Assembly: GCA_028826165.1 (NCBI GenBank) | Contig: JAPDFW010000059.1 | Span: 248,001-312,000 of the forward strand | DNA from: Anaeramoeba ignava BMAN | Lineage: Eukaryota > Protista > Anaeramoebae | Length of the DNA: 64,000 bases | Direction: 5' to 3' | Shown: positions 50,501 to 62,620 of the stretch, in pieces | Position numbering within the stretch: position 1 is the stretch's first letter | Layout of the letters: each line of letters begins with the position of its first letter | Notes under the pieces: model-generated | What the model was told of the DNA's origin: nothing | The model's input: only the letters and a program-made list of their open reading frames with translations | Databases searched by the model: none | Translations under genes and position numbers: made by a program

Positions 50501-53500
50501 AAAGATATTAACCTTGTTTCGGATTTTCAATTTTTTAATCAAGAAAATAATTCTTTGGATACTCCTATTCAAAGTATTCAAGTATATTTTGGTGATTTTC
50601 TTTGTAAAATTGATGAAATGCATTATATTGGAATTGCTAAATTTTTACAAGATTTGATTTATGGTCCAAAAATAAATTTTTCAAAGCATTTTCCAAATCA
50701 ATTATTCTTTTTATGGCAAGAATCATCATCTGGAAATCAAAGTGAAAATCAAAGTGGAAATCAAAGTGAAATTGAAAATGAAAATAATGAAAATAATCAA
50801 AATCAAAATCAAAATGAAAATAATAAAAATCAAAATCAAATTGAAAATGAAATTAAAAATGAAAATCAAAATGAAATTAAAAATGAAAATAATGAAAATC
50901 AAAAAAATAATGAAAATGATGAAAATAATGAAAATAATGAAAATCAAAATAAAAATCAAATTGAAAATGAAAATAATGAAAATCAAAATCAAATTAAAAA
51001 TAAAAATAATAAAAATAATGAAAATAATGAAAATAATGAAAATAATAAAAATAATGAAAATAATGAAAATAATGAAAATAATGAAAATAATGAAAATAAT
51101 CAAAATCAAAATCAAATTGAAATTGAAAATGAAAATAATGAAAATCAAAATCAAAATCAAAATGAAAATCAAATTGAAAATGAAAATAATGAAAATAAAA
51201 ATGAAAATCAAAAAATTGAAATCAAAATCAAAAAACAACCTAAAAAACAAAAATTCAATATGATTAATGAAATCACTCAATATATTAGACTTCCTTTTCG
51301 CAAATTATCATTTATTTTTCATTCTTTTCTTTTTGGTCTTTCTTCAGAAAATGAATCCAAAATACAAATTTCTACAGAAGATTTAAAACTTGAATTAACA
51401 TCAGCATTAGCATCAATCACAAAAACACTTCGAAGCGAACGCATTCTTTTGAGAATATTGCTTGATTCATTTTCTGTTATTCTTTTCCCAGAATCAGAAA
51501 ACAAAATAGACTTCATATCAACAATTCAACATGATTACAATGAATCATTTGAAAATTTAATTGATTCAACAATTTTGATCCAAAAATCAAAAATTATAAG
51601 TACAATAGATAATGTTCAAAAATTCACAAATCAATTAAAACTGAATTTGGAAACAGAGATTCGCGGCTTAAATTCAATACTTAATATTGATTGCGCAAAA
51701 CCAATTATTCAATTTATGGTTTCACCATTTATTACTACGTTGTCTCAACCCCAAAATAAAAATACTGTTCAAGAACTTGGTTTACTTGATATTGAAATTG
51801 AACAGACAGAGAAACCTAAAAAAACATCTAGTCAAATTACCGATATAAATAAAATTGCGACTCAAGTTTTATATGCATTAGAATTCAATAAAATTCCATT
51901 TGATATTTTATTAGATTTCAAAGCATTTTTCAAAGATATTCAAGCAGATTTAACAAATCAAACAACACTTTTGGAAACATCAAATATACGAAGTGAAGAA
52001 ACTCTTTCTCTGATGTTTGATTTGTTTGAACTTAACGGAAATGCACTTTTTTCAAAAACGGGAAATAATCAAAATTTCTCATTCAAAACAACAAGCAACT
52101 TTTTATCCAAAAAATCCATTTTTGACAAAGAAACAAAGGAATTAGATTTTGTTCACAAATCAATTTGTCCCAATTTTTCTATTGAAGGATCCGTTGCAAG
52201 AAATAAAATCAAAGATTTGTCTTTGAAAATGAATGAAGAAACAGATTTGCCACAAATTAAAAAATTTTTTGGAAACGATGGAGCAAATTTATACAACATA
52301 ATCTCATCAAATCTCTCTTCTTACAATAACAACATAAAACTTGGTATTGACAGAACAAAATTCTTTATAAATCCTGAACAATATATTTTGTTGATGTCGA
52401 TTTTTGAAAAGCAAATTGCGGAAATGAAAGAGGTTTCCAAAATTTTATATTCAACTCCTGATAACCAAATCCAATTCCAAGAACAAATTAAAAAAGAAAG
52501 ACCAAAATTGTTTGATCATTTCAATTTTATTCATTTAATATCAATTGTTGAAGATGATTTTTCGAATTTTGATAATGTTTTACAGAATCAAGAATTACTT
52601 CTTGAATTTTCTAAAGAATCAACAAGTACTGTTTCAATAATTTTTGATATTTTGAGATTGGAAGAATTAAAACAAAAATCACTGATTCAAGAATTGCAAA
52701 TCAAAATAGATTCACATAAAAAAAAGGATTTCCAAGAAGAAAATTATCAAATTGAAGAAAATAATCAAATTGATGAAAATAATCATGAAAAAATTAAAAG
52801 GAAAATCAAAAAAGAAAATCAACCTCTTCACAAAATTTTTTCAACTTCAAATCAAGTTGTTGCTCTTGATCAAGAAGAATATTACAAAAATAAAATTTTG
52901 AATGGAGCTCATTATGAATCTGAAAAAATACCAGGATTGATTTCACATCTTCATATCGATTCAACAATTCTTCATTCAGGCTTTTATAAAGTTTATATTC
53001 TTAAAACAAACACAATTTGTCAACAAATTGTTTTAACAGAAAATGAGATTTGTTTTTATTCATCAGATCAATCAAAGATTCCAAAACAAACTTGTTTGAA
53101 TTTATTATTTGTTTCACTTGGAGATTTTGAAGATGAAAATTTTTCAGGAAATAAATTTTTCGAAAATTTCAAATTGAAAAAAAATTATCATCATATTTTT
53201 GTTTATCAACAAAGAGAACCAATTGCGTTAATTGAGGAAAAATCACAGAAAAAAATACGTGCTTTAAAATCTGCAATTAAAAACGGAATATCAATTTTCA
53301 AACAGAATGTTCATTCAAATAAAGCACAAACAAAGAGAAGTTTAAGTTCAGATTATTATCCACAAGAATTGAATCATTTTTCAAAAACAAGAAAAAGATC
53401 TTCAAGTACTCAAGTTAATTCAATATTTTCTTTGGAGAAATCTATGAATACTCTTACTCAACTTGATGTTCAATTGAGTTCGATTCTTTCTTGTTTTCAT

Positions 53501-53671
53501 GATTTTAGAGAATTTTCAAATTCTATTTCTGAAAAAATTAATCAAATTGAAGAATTATTTCCTGAATTTAATAATTTTGATGAACTTAATAATTTTGATG
53601 AACTTAATAATTTTGATGAATTTAATGAAGATTTTAATAATTTTGATGAATTTGATGAAGATTTTAATTAA
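47540..53671 (+). CDS. Chorein-N bridge-like lipid transfer protein (BLTP3/UHRF1BP1- or VPS13-like); exons 47540-47594, 47701-47849, 47969-48081, 48197-49213 (1-nt deletion ~49147), 49307-53671
   Basis: Spliced N-terminus MKSVIKTAIVDFLSPFLRNFSKKDLDLNFFSGTSEIRNLEIN..IERGFVSKINLEVPYTHI..IENVEIVL is a chorein-N motif. YPLKERIADGVCIGIQNI follows, then beta-rich RBG-like sequence. Confidence 0.78.
48255..48795 (+). repeat. Coding 12-mer repeat (SNQK)n
   Basis: (TCAAATCAAAAA)n in frame in ORF 48153-49154. Confidence 0.9.
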
Positions 53672-54025
53672 TTTTAATAATAAATTTAATAATGAATTAA
53701 ATAATAAATTAAATAATAAATTTAATAATAAATTTAATAATAAATTAAATAATAAATTAAATAATAAATTAAATAATGAATTTAATAATAAATTTAATAA
53801 TGAATTTAATAATGAATTTAATAATGAATTTAATAATGAATTTAATAATGAATTTAATAATAAATTTAATAATGAATTTAATAATGAATTTAATAATAAA
53901 TTTAATAATAAATTAAATAATGAATTTAATAATAAATTTAATAATAAATTTAATAATAAATTTAATAATAAATTTAATAATAAATTAAATAATGAATTTA
54001 ATAATGAATTAAATAATAAATTTTG
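53570..54025. repeat. Repeat grading from coding NNFDE(L/F) units into a non-coding 12-mer (AATAAT(G/A)AATTT)n
   Basis: Spans the stop codon at 53669-53671. Confidence 0.9.
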
Positions 54026-54072
54026 ATTGATTTTTCATTTCATTTTTTTCTTTTTTTAAAATATTTTTTAAA

Positions 54073-55490
54073 ATGGAATCAAAGAATAAATCAAAAGATA
54101 AATATAAAAAGAAAAGAAAATATTTGGGAGCAAATGTAATTTTCTTATAATAAAAAAATTAGAAAAAAAAAAAACAAAATTAATAAATTAAAAAACAAAA
54201 TTATTTTTTAAAATCAAAGAATCCAAAAAAAAGAAAAAATTTACATGAAATTAAACAAGGAATTTATGTTGCATGTGATTTTGGAACAGAAGCTTTATGT
54301 GTTTTGGAATGTTTTGTTTTATTTAATCAAGTTGTTGAAAAAATTTATCCAGAATTTAAAAAAGAAAATTTAAAAGAAAATTTAAATGAAAATTCAAATG
54401 AAAATTCAAATGAAAATTTAAATGAAAATTTAAATGAAAATTTAAATGAAGTTTCAGAAAGTTTTGAAAATGAACTTGCAGAATTAAGAGGAAATAAAGG
54501 AGATGATAAAAAAACACTTTATTTATTTCATTCAATTAGAATGGGTGGTCATGGAGTTGTTTTTATTGAAATTTCAGATGAATATTTAGTTCAAAAAAAA
54601 ATTCAAATTTCTTCAGAGAAAATTGTTCAAGAAATTATGTATCAAATTGAAAAAACAGGAAAATTACAAACAAAACATGCATCAAGAATTGTTCCTTTTT
54701 CTAAGATTTGTTATGCAGATATGGAAACAATTCTTTTAAATGCAAAACAAATAGTTGATGAATATTTTAATCCAAAAGAAAAATTACCAATTAATGTATA
54801 AAATGAAATTCAAATCAAATCAAATCAAATCAAATCAAATTAAATCAATTTAAATTAAATCAAATCAAATTAAATCAAATCAAATCAAATTAAATCAAAT
54901 CAAATCAAATCAAATTAAATCAAATTAAAATCAAATTAAATCAAATCAAATCAAATCAAATCAAATCAAAATCAAATCAAATCAAATCAAATTAAATTAA
55001 ATTAAATTAAATTAAATTAAATCAAATCAAATCAAATCAAATTATATTTATAAATCAAATCAATTCAAATCAAATTAAATCAAATCAAATCAAATCAAAT
55101 CAAATCAAATTAAATCAAATCAAATTTAAATCAAATTAAATCAAAAATTAAAAAATCAAATCAAATTAAATCAAATTAAATCAAATCAAATTAAAACATT
55201 TCAAATTAAAATATTTTCTATTTATTTTATTTTAGTATGCTCTTGATGTTCGTGTTTCAATGGGAAAATTTGATAAAAAACAACTTATTAAAAATGTTGC
55301 TGATTTAATTGATGCAAAACATAAAGTTAATTTAGATAATCCTGATGTTGTTTTTCTTATTCATATTTTTAAAAATTCTTGTTGTTTTGGAATTTTGGAA
55401 AATTATACAAGATTTGCTAAATTTAATGTTAGAAAACTTAGTGAAAAAATTTTATCACAAAAAGAGAACGAGAAAGAGAAAGAAAAATAA
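54073..55490 (+). CDS. THUMPD1: THUMP-domain protein (THUMPD1/Tan1); exons 54073-54135, 54220-54795, 55236-55490
   Basis: GIYVACD..E, ENELAELR, TKHASRIVP, IKNVADLI..HKVNLDNPDVVFLIHIFKNSCCFGILENY..KFNV. Confidence 0.88.
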
Positions 55491-55937
55491 AAACAGAACA
55501 AAATTTTCATTTTAAATTTCAATCCAAAATTCAATTCAAAATTCAATTTAAAATTCAATTCAATTCAAAATTCATTTCAAATTTAAATTCAAATTTCAAT
55601 TCAATTCAAAATTCAATTTAAAATTCAATTTAAAATTCAATTTAAAATTCAATTTAAAATTCAATTCAAAATTCATTTCAAAATTCATTTCAAAATTCAA
55701 TTTAAAATTCATTTCAAAATTCATTTCAATTTAAATTTCATTTCAAAATTCATTTCAAAATTCAATTTAAAATTCAATTCAAAATTCAATCCAAAATTCA
55801 ATTTAAAATTCAATTTAAAATTCAATTTAAAATTCATTTTAAAATTCATTTTAAAATTCAATTTCAAATTTAGAATAAAAAATCCAATTTAAAATTTAGA
55901 ATAAAATTCAATTTTTTTGATTTTATTGATTTTATTT

Positions 55938-58900
55938 TTAAATCATGTATGCAAAATCATGACTAAATGAATCTGAAAGTGCTCTTGAAAGCATTTCTGA
56001 TGCAAATGTGTTTTCAGGAAGAAAATTTAAAGATTGATGATAATTATCAATTGCTTTATCTAATTTTCCTTTTAAATGATAAGTAAATCCTAAAGCAGAA
56101 TAAATAGTTCCATCTTTTGGTTTAATTGCTAAAGACATTTTATAATATTCTATTGCTCTAGAAAACATTCTTTTTAAAAAGAAAAAAAGTAAAAACAAAA
56201 AAGAAAAGTTTTTGATTAAAAAAATTTCTTTCTTTTTCTTTTGATTTAATTTGAAAAATTTTTTACTTCATTTTTCTAAAACTGTGCCCAATATTAAATA
56301 ATGTCGTTTCAGTTTCTAAAGTTTGACTATTTCTATATAAAGATAATGCATGAAGAAACAATTTGATTGCATTTTCAAAACTTAAATCAAAAAAAAGTGG
56401 AATTTTTAATTTTGATTTAATTTTGATTTTAATTTTAATTTTAATTTTAATTTTGATTTTTGATTTTGATTTTGATTTTAATTTTGATTTTAATTTTGAT
56501 TTTAATTTTAATTTTGATTTTGATTTTGATTTTAATTTTTTGATTTTGATTTTGATTTTGATTTTGATTTTGATTTTGATTTTGATTTTGATTTAATTTT
56601 GATTTTTAATTTACTCATGATTTTTCATTGCAATTACTCCTTGTTCATTATAAATCAAAGGTTCATCAGGAAAAATATTTTCTGCTCTTTTTAAAAATTG
56701 ATTTGCAAGAATAAAATTATTTGAAAGTAAATATTCCATTCCAATATAAAGAAAAGGATGCCAAGAACCAGGAAAAAGCCTTTGAGCAGTTCTATAAACA
56801 GTCATTGCATGGTCAGATTCTTCTCTTTTTGAAAAAGTTAAACCAAATGCTAACCAAGCAGGTTCAAATTTTTGATTAATTGTTGTTGATTTACTAAAAT
56901 AAGCTCTTGCTTTTTCATATTGTTTAAGTAAATAATAATAACATCCTATAGAAAACCAAGCAAGATGATGATCAGGATATTCACTTGCAAGTTTATGTGC
57001 TAATTTGAATAAATCATTTATTTTGTTAAGTTGAACTAAAGTGGAAATGTGAAGTGTTATTGTTGATTCTTCATTTTCATCTTCTTCAAGAATACTTTTA
57101 AATATTTTTGAATTTAATTTGATTTAAATATTTTTGGATTTAAATATTTTTGAATTTAAATATTTTTGGATTAAATTTAATTTGATTTAAATATTTTTGG
57201 ATTTAAATATTTTTGGATTTAAATATTTTTGAATTTAAATAATATTGATTTAAATATTTTTGAATTAAATATTTTTGGATTAAATATTTTTGGATTAAAT
57301 TTAATTTGATTTAAATATTATTGAATTTAAATATTTTTGAATTTGATTTTATTGATGATTTAATATGATTTCAAAACATTTTCAAATTTATTTTTGATTG
57401 AAAAATATTTTTGCTTTTAATAATATTTGAGTTTAAATTTTTGATTTAATTTAAATGTTTTTTAAATATTTGAATTTTTTGTTATTTTCTTTTAAATATT
57501 TTTGAATTTAAATCCATTATTGAATTTAAATTTAATTGAATTTAAAGCCATTTAAATATTTTTGAATTTTGATTTTTTACTTACGATGATGTGATTTCAA
57601 AACATTCTTCAAATTTATTTTTGATTGAAAAATGCTATGCTTTTTATTAAATATCGAAGTTGATTTAAATTTTGATAATTTAAATATTTTTCAATTCCTT
57701 CAATTTTTATTCTGTTTCTTCTTTAATTTAAATAGGATTTAAATATTCCAAATTTTAAATTTTGTTTAAATATTATTTAAAATTGAAGCCATTTATTTCT
57801 TTTTTGAATTTAAATTTTTGATTTAAAAAGTTGTTGATTTAAAAAATAATATTAATTTAAATATTGATTTAAATATTGATTTTAAATATTGATTTAAATA
57901 TTGATTTAAATATTAATTTAAATATTAATTTAAAATTGATTTTAAATATTGATTTAAATATTGATTTAAATATTGATTTAAATATTGATTTAAATATTGA
58001 TTTTAAATATTGATTTAAAATATTGATTTTAAATATTGATTTAAATATTGATTTAAATATTAATTTAAATATTGATTTAAATATTGATTTCAAATATTGA
58101 TTTAAATATTGATTTTAAATATTGATTTAAATATTGATTTAAATATTGATTTAAATATTGATTTAAATATTGATTTAAATATTGATTTAAATATTGATTT
58201 AAATATTGATTTAAATATTGATTTAAATATTGATTTAAATATTGATTTAAATATTGATTTAAATATTGATTTAAATATTGATTTAAATATTGATTTAAAA
58301 TATTGATTTAAATATTGATTTAAATATTGATTTAAATATTGATTTAAATATTGATTTAAATATTGATTTAAATATTGATTTAAATTTTGATTTAAATATT
58401 GATTTAAATATTATTGATTTAAATATTGATTTAAATATTGATTTAAATATTGATTCATTTAAATATTGATTTAAATAATATTGATTTAAATATTGATTTA
58501 AATATTGATTTAAATATTGATTTAAATATTGATTTAAATATTGATTTTAAATATTGATTTCAAATATTGATTTCAAATATTGATTTAAATAATATTGATT
58601 TAAATATTGTTGATTTCAAATATTGATTTAAATATTGATTTTAAATATTGATTTCAAATATTGATTTCAAATATTGATTTAAAATTGATTTAAATATTAT
58701 TGATTTAAATATTGATTTAAATATTGATTTAAATATTATTGATTTAAATATTATTGATTTAAATTTAAATATTGATTTAAATATTGATTTAAATATTGAT
58801 TTAAATATTGATTTAAATATTGATTTAAATATTGATTTAAATATTGATTTCAAATATTGATTTAAATATTGATTTAAATATTGATTTAAATATTGATTTA

Positions 58901-59480
58901 AATATTATTGATTTAAATATTAATTTCAAATTCAACCTTGTAATTCTGTTATCATATTTGAATCAACAAGATGTTTGAAAATATCAAAAAGAAAAGGATC
59001 ATTTGTCAAAGCTTGTTGATAATAAAAAACAGCTCTTTCATTATTTCCAATTTCTTCCAAACACCATCCTCTCAAACTACAAAAAACAGCTTGCAATTTT
59101 TTGTCATAAAAAATTTGATTTGATTTTTCTTGAGAAATTTTATCGAAATTTAAAGTATCTTTATCACCTAAAAATTCTAAACATTTTTCCCACTCTTGAA
59201 GTTCACATAAAGAGCTTGCGACTAATTGAAGACAACGTATATCGTTGATTGCTTGTGGAAATCTTTTTGTAATCAAGTTAATTATCTTTTTAAATTCTTG
59301 TTGAGCAAAATAACTTTTTGCTAAAAGTAAAATATCATTATTTTCATTTGATAATGTAACTAATTTATCTGCAATAAACATTGCAACTCCTCCCATTTGT
59401 TTGCTTAAATATGTTTCTATTTCATTTCTCATTTGTTCTTTTGTTTTTTCAATTAATAAATTTTCCTGTTTATTTTCCAT
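55938..59480 (-). CDS. CDC16: Anaphase-promoting complex subunit Cdc16/APC6; exons 59480-58937, ~57798-57585 (corrupted), 57094-56615, 56380-56267, 56169-55938
   Basis: AMFIADKL, LFKLAHKLASEYPDHHLAWFSIGCYYY, ARAYFSKST, AWLAFG, AMTVYRTAQRLFPGSWHPFLYIGMEY, NEQGV, NIGHSFRK, SALGFTYHLKG. Confidence 0.88.
57850..58925. repeat. Intronic 12-mer array (AAATATTGATTT)n
   Basis: Fills Cdc16 intron 1. Confidence 0.95.
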
Positions 59481-59730
59481 TTTTAAAATGATAAAAAAAT
59501 GAAAATTTAAAAAATGAAAAAAAATTTTGTTTAATTTTTTTATTTGTTGTTTATTTTGAAAGAAATTTAAGCATTTTTCTTAATTTTCTTAATTTTCTTT
59601 TCTGTTTTTATCCGAAATTTTGATTTAAATTTTCTTTTCTTTCTTCTTTAAAAAAAAAGTAAGTAAAAAAAAGAGTAAAATGGAAAAAAGTGTTTTAAAT
59701 GAAAAGTAAAAAAGAAAAAAAAAAGTGGAA

Positions 59731-61087
59731 TCATTTCTTTTCTTTTTTTCCAGGTTTTTTTTTGTTTTTGTATGTAATTCTAAGATAATAAATTGCAAGA
59801 GGAATAAAGAATAAAAGACTTAATCCAATAAATCCTAGCCATTCCATCTAAAAAATTTTAAAATTTTTAATTTTAATTTTTATTTTAATTTTAATTTTAA
59901 TTTTAATTTTAATTTTCATTTTAATTTTAATTTTTATATTAATTTTGATTTAATTTTAATTTTAATTTTTTAATTTTTATTAATTTTTTTGATTTTAATT
60001 TTAATTTTAATTTTAATTTTAATTTTAATTTTAATTTTAATTTTTATATTAATTTTAATTTTAATTTTAATTTTAATTTTAATTTTAATTTTAATTTTGA
60101 TTTTGATTTTAATTTTAATTTTAATTTTAATTTTAATTTTAATTTTAATTTTAATTTTAATATTAATTTTAATTTTAATTTTAATTTTAATTTTAATTTT
60201 AATTTTAATTTTAATTTTAATTTTAATTTTAATTTTAATTTTAATTTTGATTTTAAATTTTAATCTTGATTTTGATTTTGATTTTACAAGATGTGGTTCA
60301 TTTCTTGTTTCACTTGAGCTAAAAGGAACAACATCTATTCTACCAATCATTGTTGTATAAGAAACCTAATTATAATTATAATTATAATTTTAATTTTAAT
60401 TTTAATTTTAATTTTAATTTTAATTTTAATTTTAATTTTAATTTTAATTTTGATTTGAATATTAATTTTAATTTGAATATTAATTTTGATTTGAATTGTA
60501 TACTCTTCTTGGTGAAAATGGTGCTGGTTGATAAAGAACTTTTCCTTCACTAATATATCTTTTTCCTGGTGTATCTGTTGTTAAAACAAGTGCATGAGTA
60601 ACATTTTGTCCACTAAAAAAGAAAGAAAGAAAGAAAAAAAGAAAAATTTAATTTAAATTTGAAAAAAATTATTTTAAATAAATAAATAAAAAAATACGGA
60701 AGAATTTGATCCCATTTTGCTGAAAGAGAACCTTCTAAAACATCGAAATCTTCAAAATACCAAGAATCATCTTTTAAAAAAACATTATAAGCAGTACTAA
60801 AAAAACAGCAAAAAAAAAAAGAATTAAAATTAAAATTAAAATTAAAATTAAAATTAAAATTAAAATTAAAATTAAAATTAAATTTAAAATTAATTTAATA
60901 AAAAGAGTAAATACCCTTCTCCAACATTGCAAATAGTATAAAGAGCTATAACATCTTGATTTGTTGTTGGATATTCTGTATTAATTATATCTTTATCAAC
61001 AATTAATCTTCCTTCTTGTGCAAAACAAACAAAAGTGAAAAAAGTTAAACTTATTAAAAATAAACCAATTAAATTAAATGAAGTCAT
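59731..61087 (-). CDS. SSR2: Translocon-associated protein beta (TRAP-beta); exons 61087-60915, 60796-60698, 60612-60504, 60365-60287, 59847-59731
   Basis: Signal peptide, LIVDKDIIN, YTICNVGEGTAYNVFLKDDSW..FDVLEGSLSAKWDQILPGQNVTHALVL, EPHLMEWLGF + TM + basic tail. Confidence 0.9.
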
Positions 61088-61266
61088 TCTTTTAATCTTT
61101 TATTCTTTTAATTTTTTAATTTTTTATGAATATTTTTCTTTTTATTTTATTATTTTTATTAAAATTAAAATAAAGGAAAGTAAATGAAAGAAAAAAATGA
61201 AAAAAAAATGAAAAAAAATTAAAAAAAATTTTTTTTTCATTTTTTTTTTTTTAAATTTAAATAAAA

Positions 61267-61623
61267 ATGAATGAAAATAAAATTTTAATTAATAATGATT
61301 TTTATAAACAAATTCAAGAAACTCTTGAAAAAACTGTTAATCAATTCATTTCAAATTCAAATAATAAACAAGAACAACAAATTTTTGAACAAATTAATCA
61401 AGAAATTCAAAAAGAACTTGATAAAAATTTAATTATTAATGAAAATAAAATGGAACAAAATGATTTATCAAAATCTATTAATGAAATTATTGAAAGATAT
61501 CAAAGTTTATTAAATTTTTTTCAAGAATATAAAAAAGAAATTCCAGATGAAACTAAAAAAATTAAAGAACAAATTGATTTAATGAAAAATTGGCTTTCAA
61601 AATTAAAAGAAGATAAAAATTAA
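61267..61623 (+). CDS. Hypothetical 118-aa coiled-coil protein
   Basis: Clean ORF preceded by a TTCATTTT motif; Q/E/K-rich heptads; no family recognised. Confidence 0.6.
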   Translation: MNENKILINNDFYKQIQETLEKTVNQFISNSNNKQEQQIFEQINQEIQKELDKNLIINENKMEQNDLSKSINEIIERYQSLLNFFQEYKKEIPDETKKIKEQIDLMKNWLSKLKEDKN

Positions 61624-61724
61624 AAATTAAAAAGAAAAAAAAAGAAAAATTTTTTTTAAAATAAATTATTTATGTTTTCAGGCAGAAATCAAAATTTAAC
61701 AATAAAAAAAAAAGCAAATTGTTT

Positions 61725-61795
61725 TTAATTTTTTCATTTTTTCATTTTTTTCATTTTTCATTTTTCATTTTTTCATTTTTTTCATTTTTAAATTT
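61725..61795 (+). promoter_or_regulatory. Initiator-like (TTTTCATTT)n array upstream of zeta-COP
   Basis: About 7 tandem TCATTT copies immediately 5' of ATG 61803. Confidence 0.6.
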
Positions 61796-61802
61796 AAATA
61801 AA

Positions 61803-62445
61803 ATGACAACAAATATGTTTTCAATTTGGAGTTTAATGATTTTAGATAAAGAAGGAAAACGTATTTATGTTAAATATTATAATGATTATATTCAAGAATA
61901 TGAACAACAAAGAGTATTTGAATTAGAATTACATAAAAATACACAATCAGATGAATTAAGTAAATGAAAATATTATTCAAAAAAAAAAAATTTCCAATTT
62001 AAAATTTAAAATTTAAAATTTAAAATTTTAAATTTTAAAAAAAAGATGATCTTATTATTCTTGAAGATACAATTACAGTTTTTCAAAAGTATCCTCAATT
62101 TATAATTTATGCAACAACTTCTAAAAATGAAAATGAACTTGCTTTACAAAAAGTTCTTGATACAATAAATCGAACTTTTGAAAAAATTTTTCGGTAAAAA
62201 ATAAATAAAAATAAAAAATAAAAATAAAAATAAAAAATTTTAATTTAAAAAATAAAAGAGATGAAATGGATCTTGAAATAATTCTTGTTAATTTAGATGT
62301 TGTTATTTTGGTTTTTGATGAAATTGTTGATCGTGGTCTTGTTTTTGAAATTGATGAATCTCTTATTGCAGAAAGAACTTTAATTAAAGAAGAAAGTTCA
62401 CAATCTTTAACTGATATGATTTTTGGTGCTTTTTTTAGGAAATGA
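61803..62445 (+). CDS. COPZ: Coatomer zeta subunit-like (longin/sigma family); exons 61803-61959, 62046-62193, 62259-62445
   Basis: MILDKEGKRIYVKYY, QRVFELELHKNT, NENELAL, NLDVVILVFDEIVDRGLVFEID. Confidence 0.82.
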
Positions 62446-62620
62446 ATTTATTTTTATTTTTAAACAAAAAGAAGAATAAAAACTAAAAGAAAAGATTTTA
62501 AAACAATTTAAATAAAAATTTAAAATGATATTTTTTGTTTTTTTTTTATTAAATTAAATTTGAATAATTTGGAAAGAACAAAATAAATTTATTGATTCCA
62601 CCTTTTTTTTTGAAATTAAA

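Noticed and set aside
2269-59480. Functional cluster of cell-cycle/replication genes (Cdc25, Dna2, Cdc16)
   Set aside because: They are interspersed with unrelated housekeeping genes; nothing suggests co-regulation.
8025-60553. Many ORFs of poly-IL, DF, KI, FKSI, NIDL and similar (e.g. 8049, 11644, 20574, 42225, 48226, 50726, 58109, 59989)
   Set aside because: Stop-free frames of microsatellites, or antisense/alternate frames of real coding repeats.
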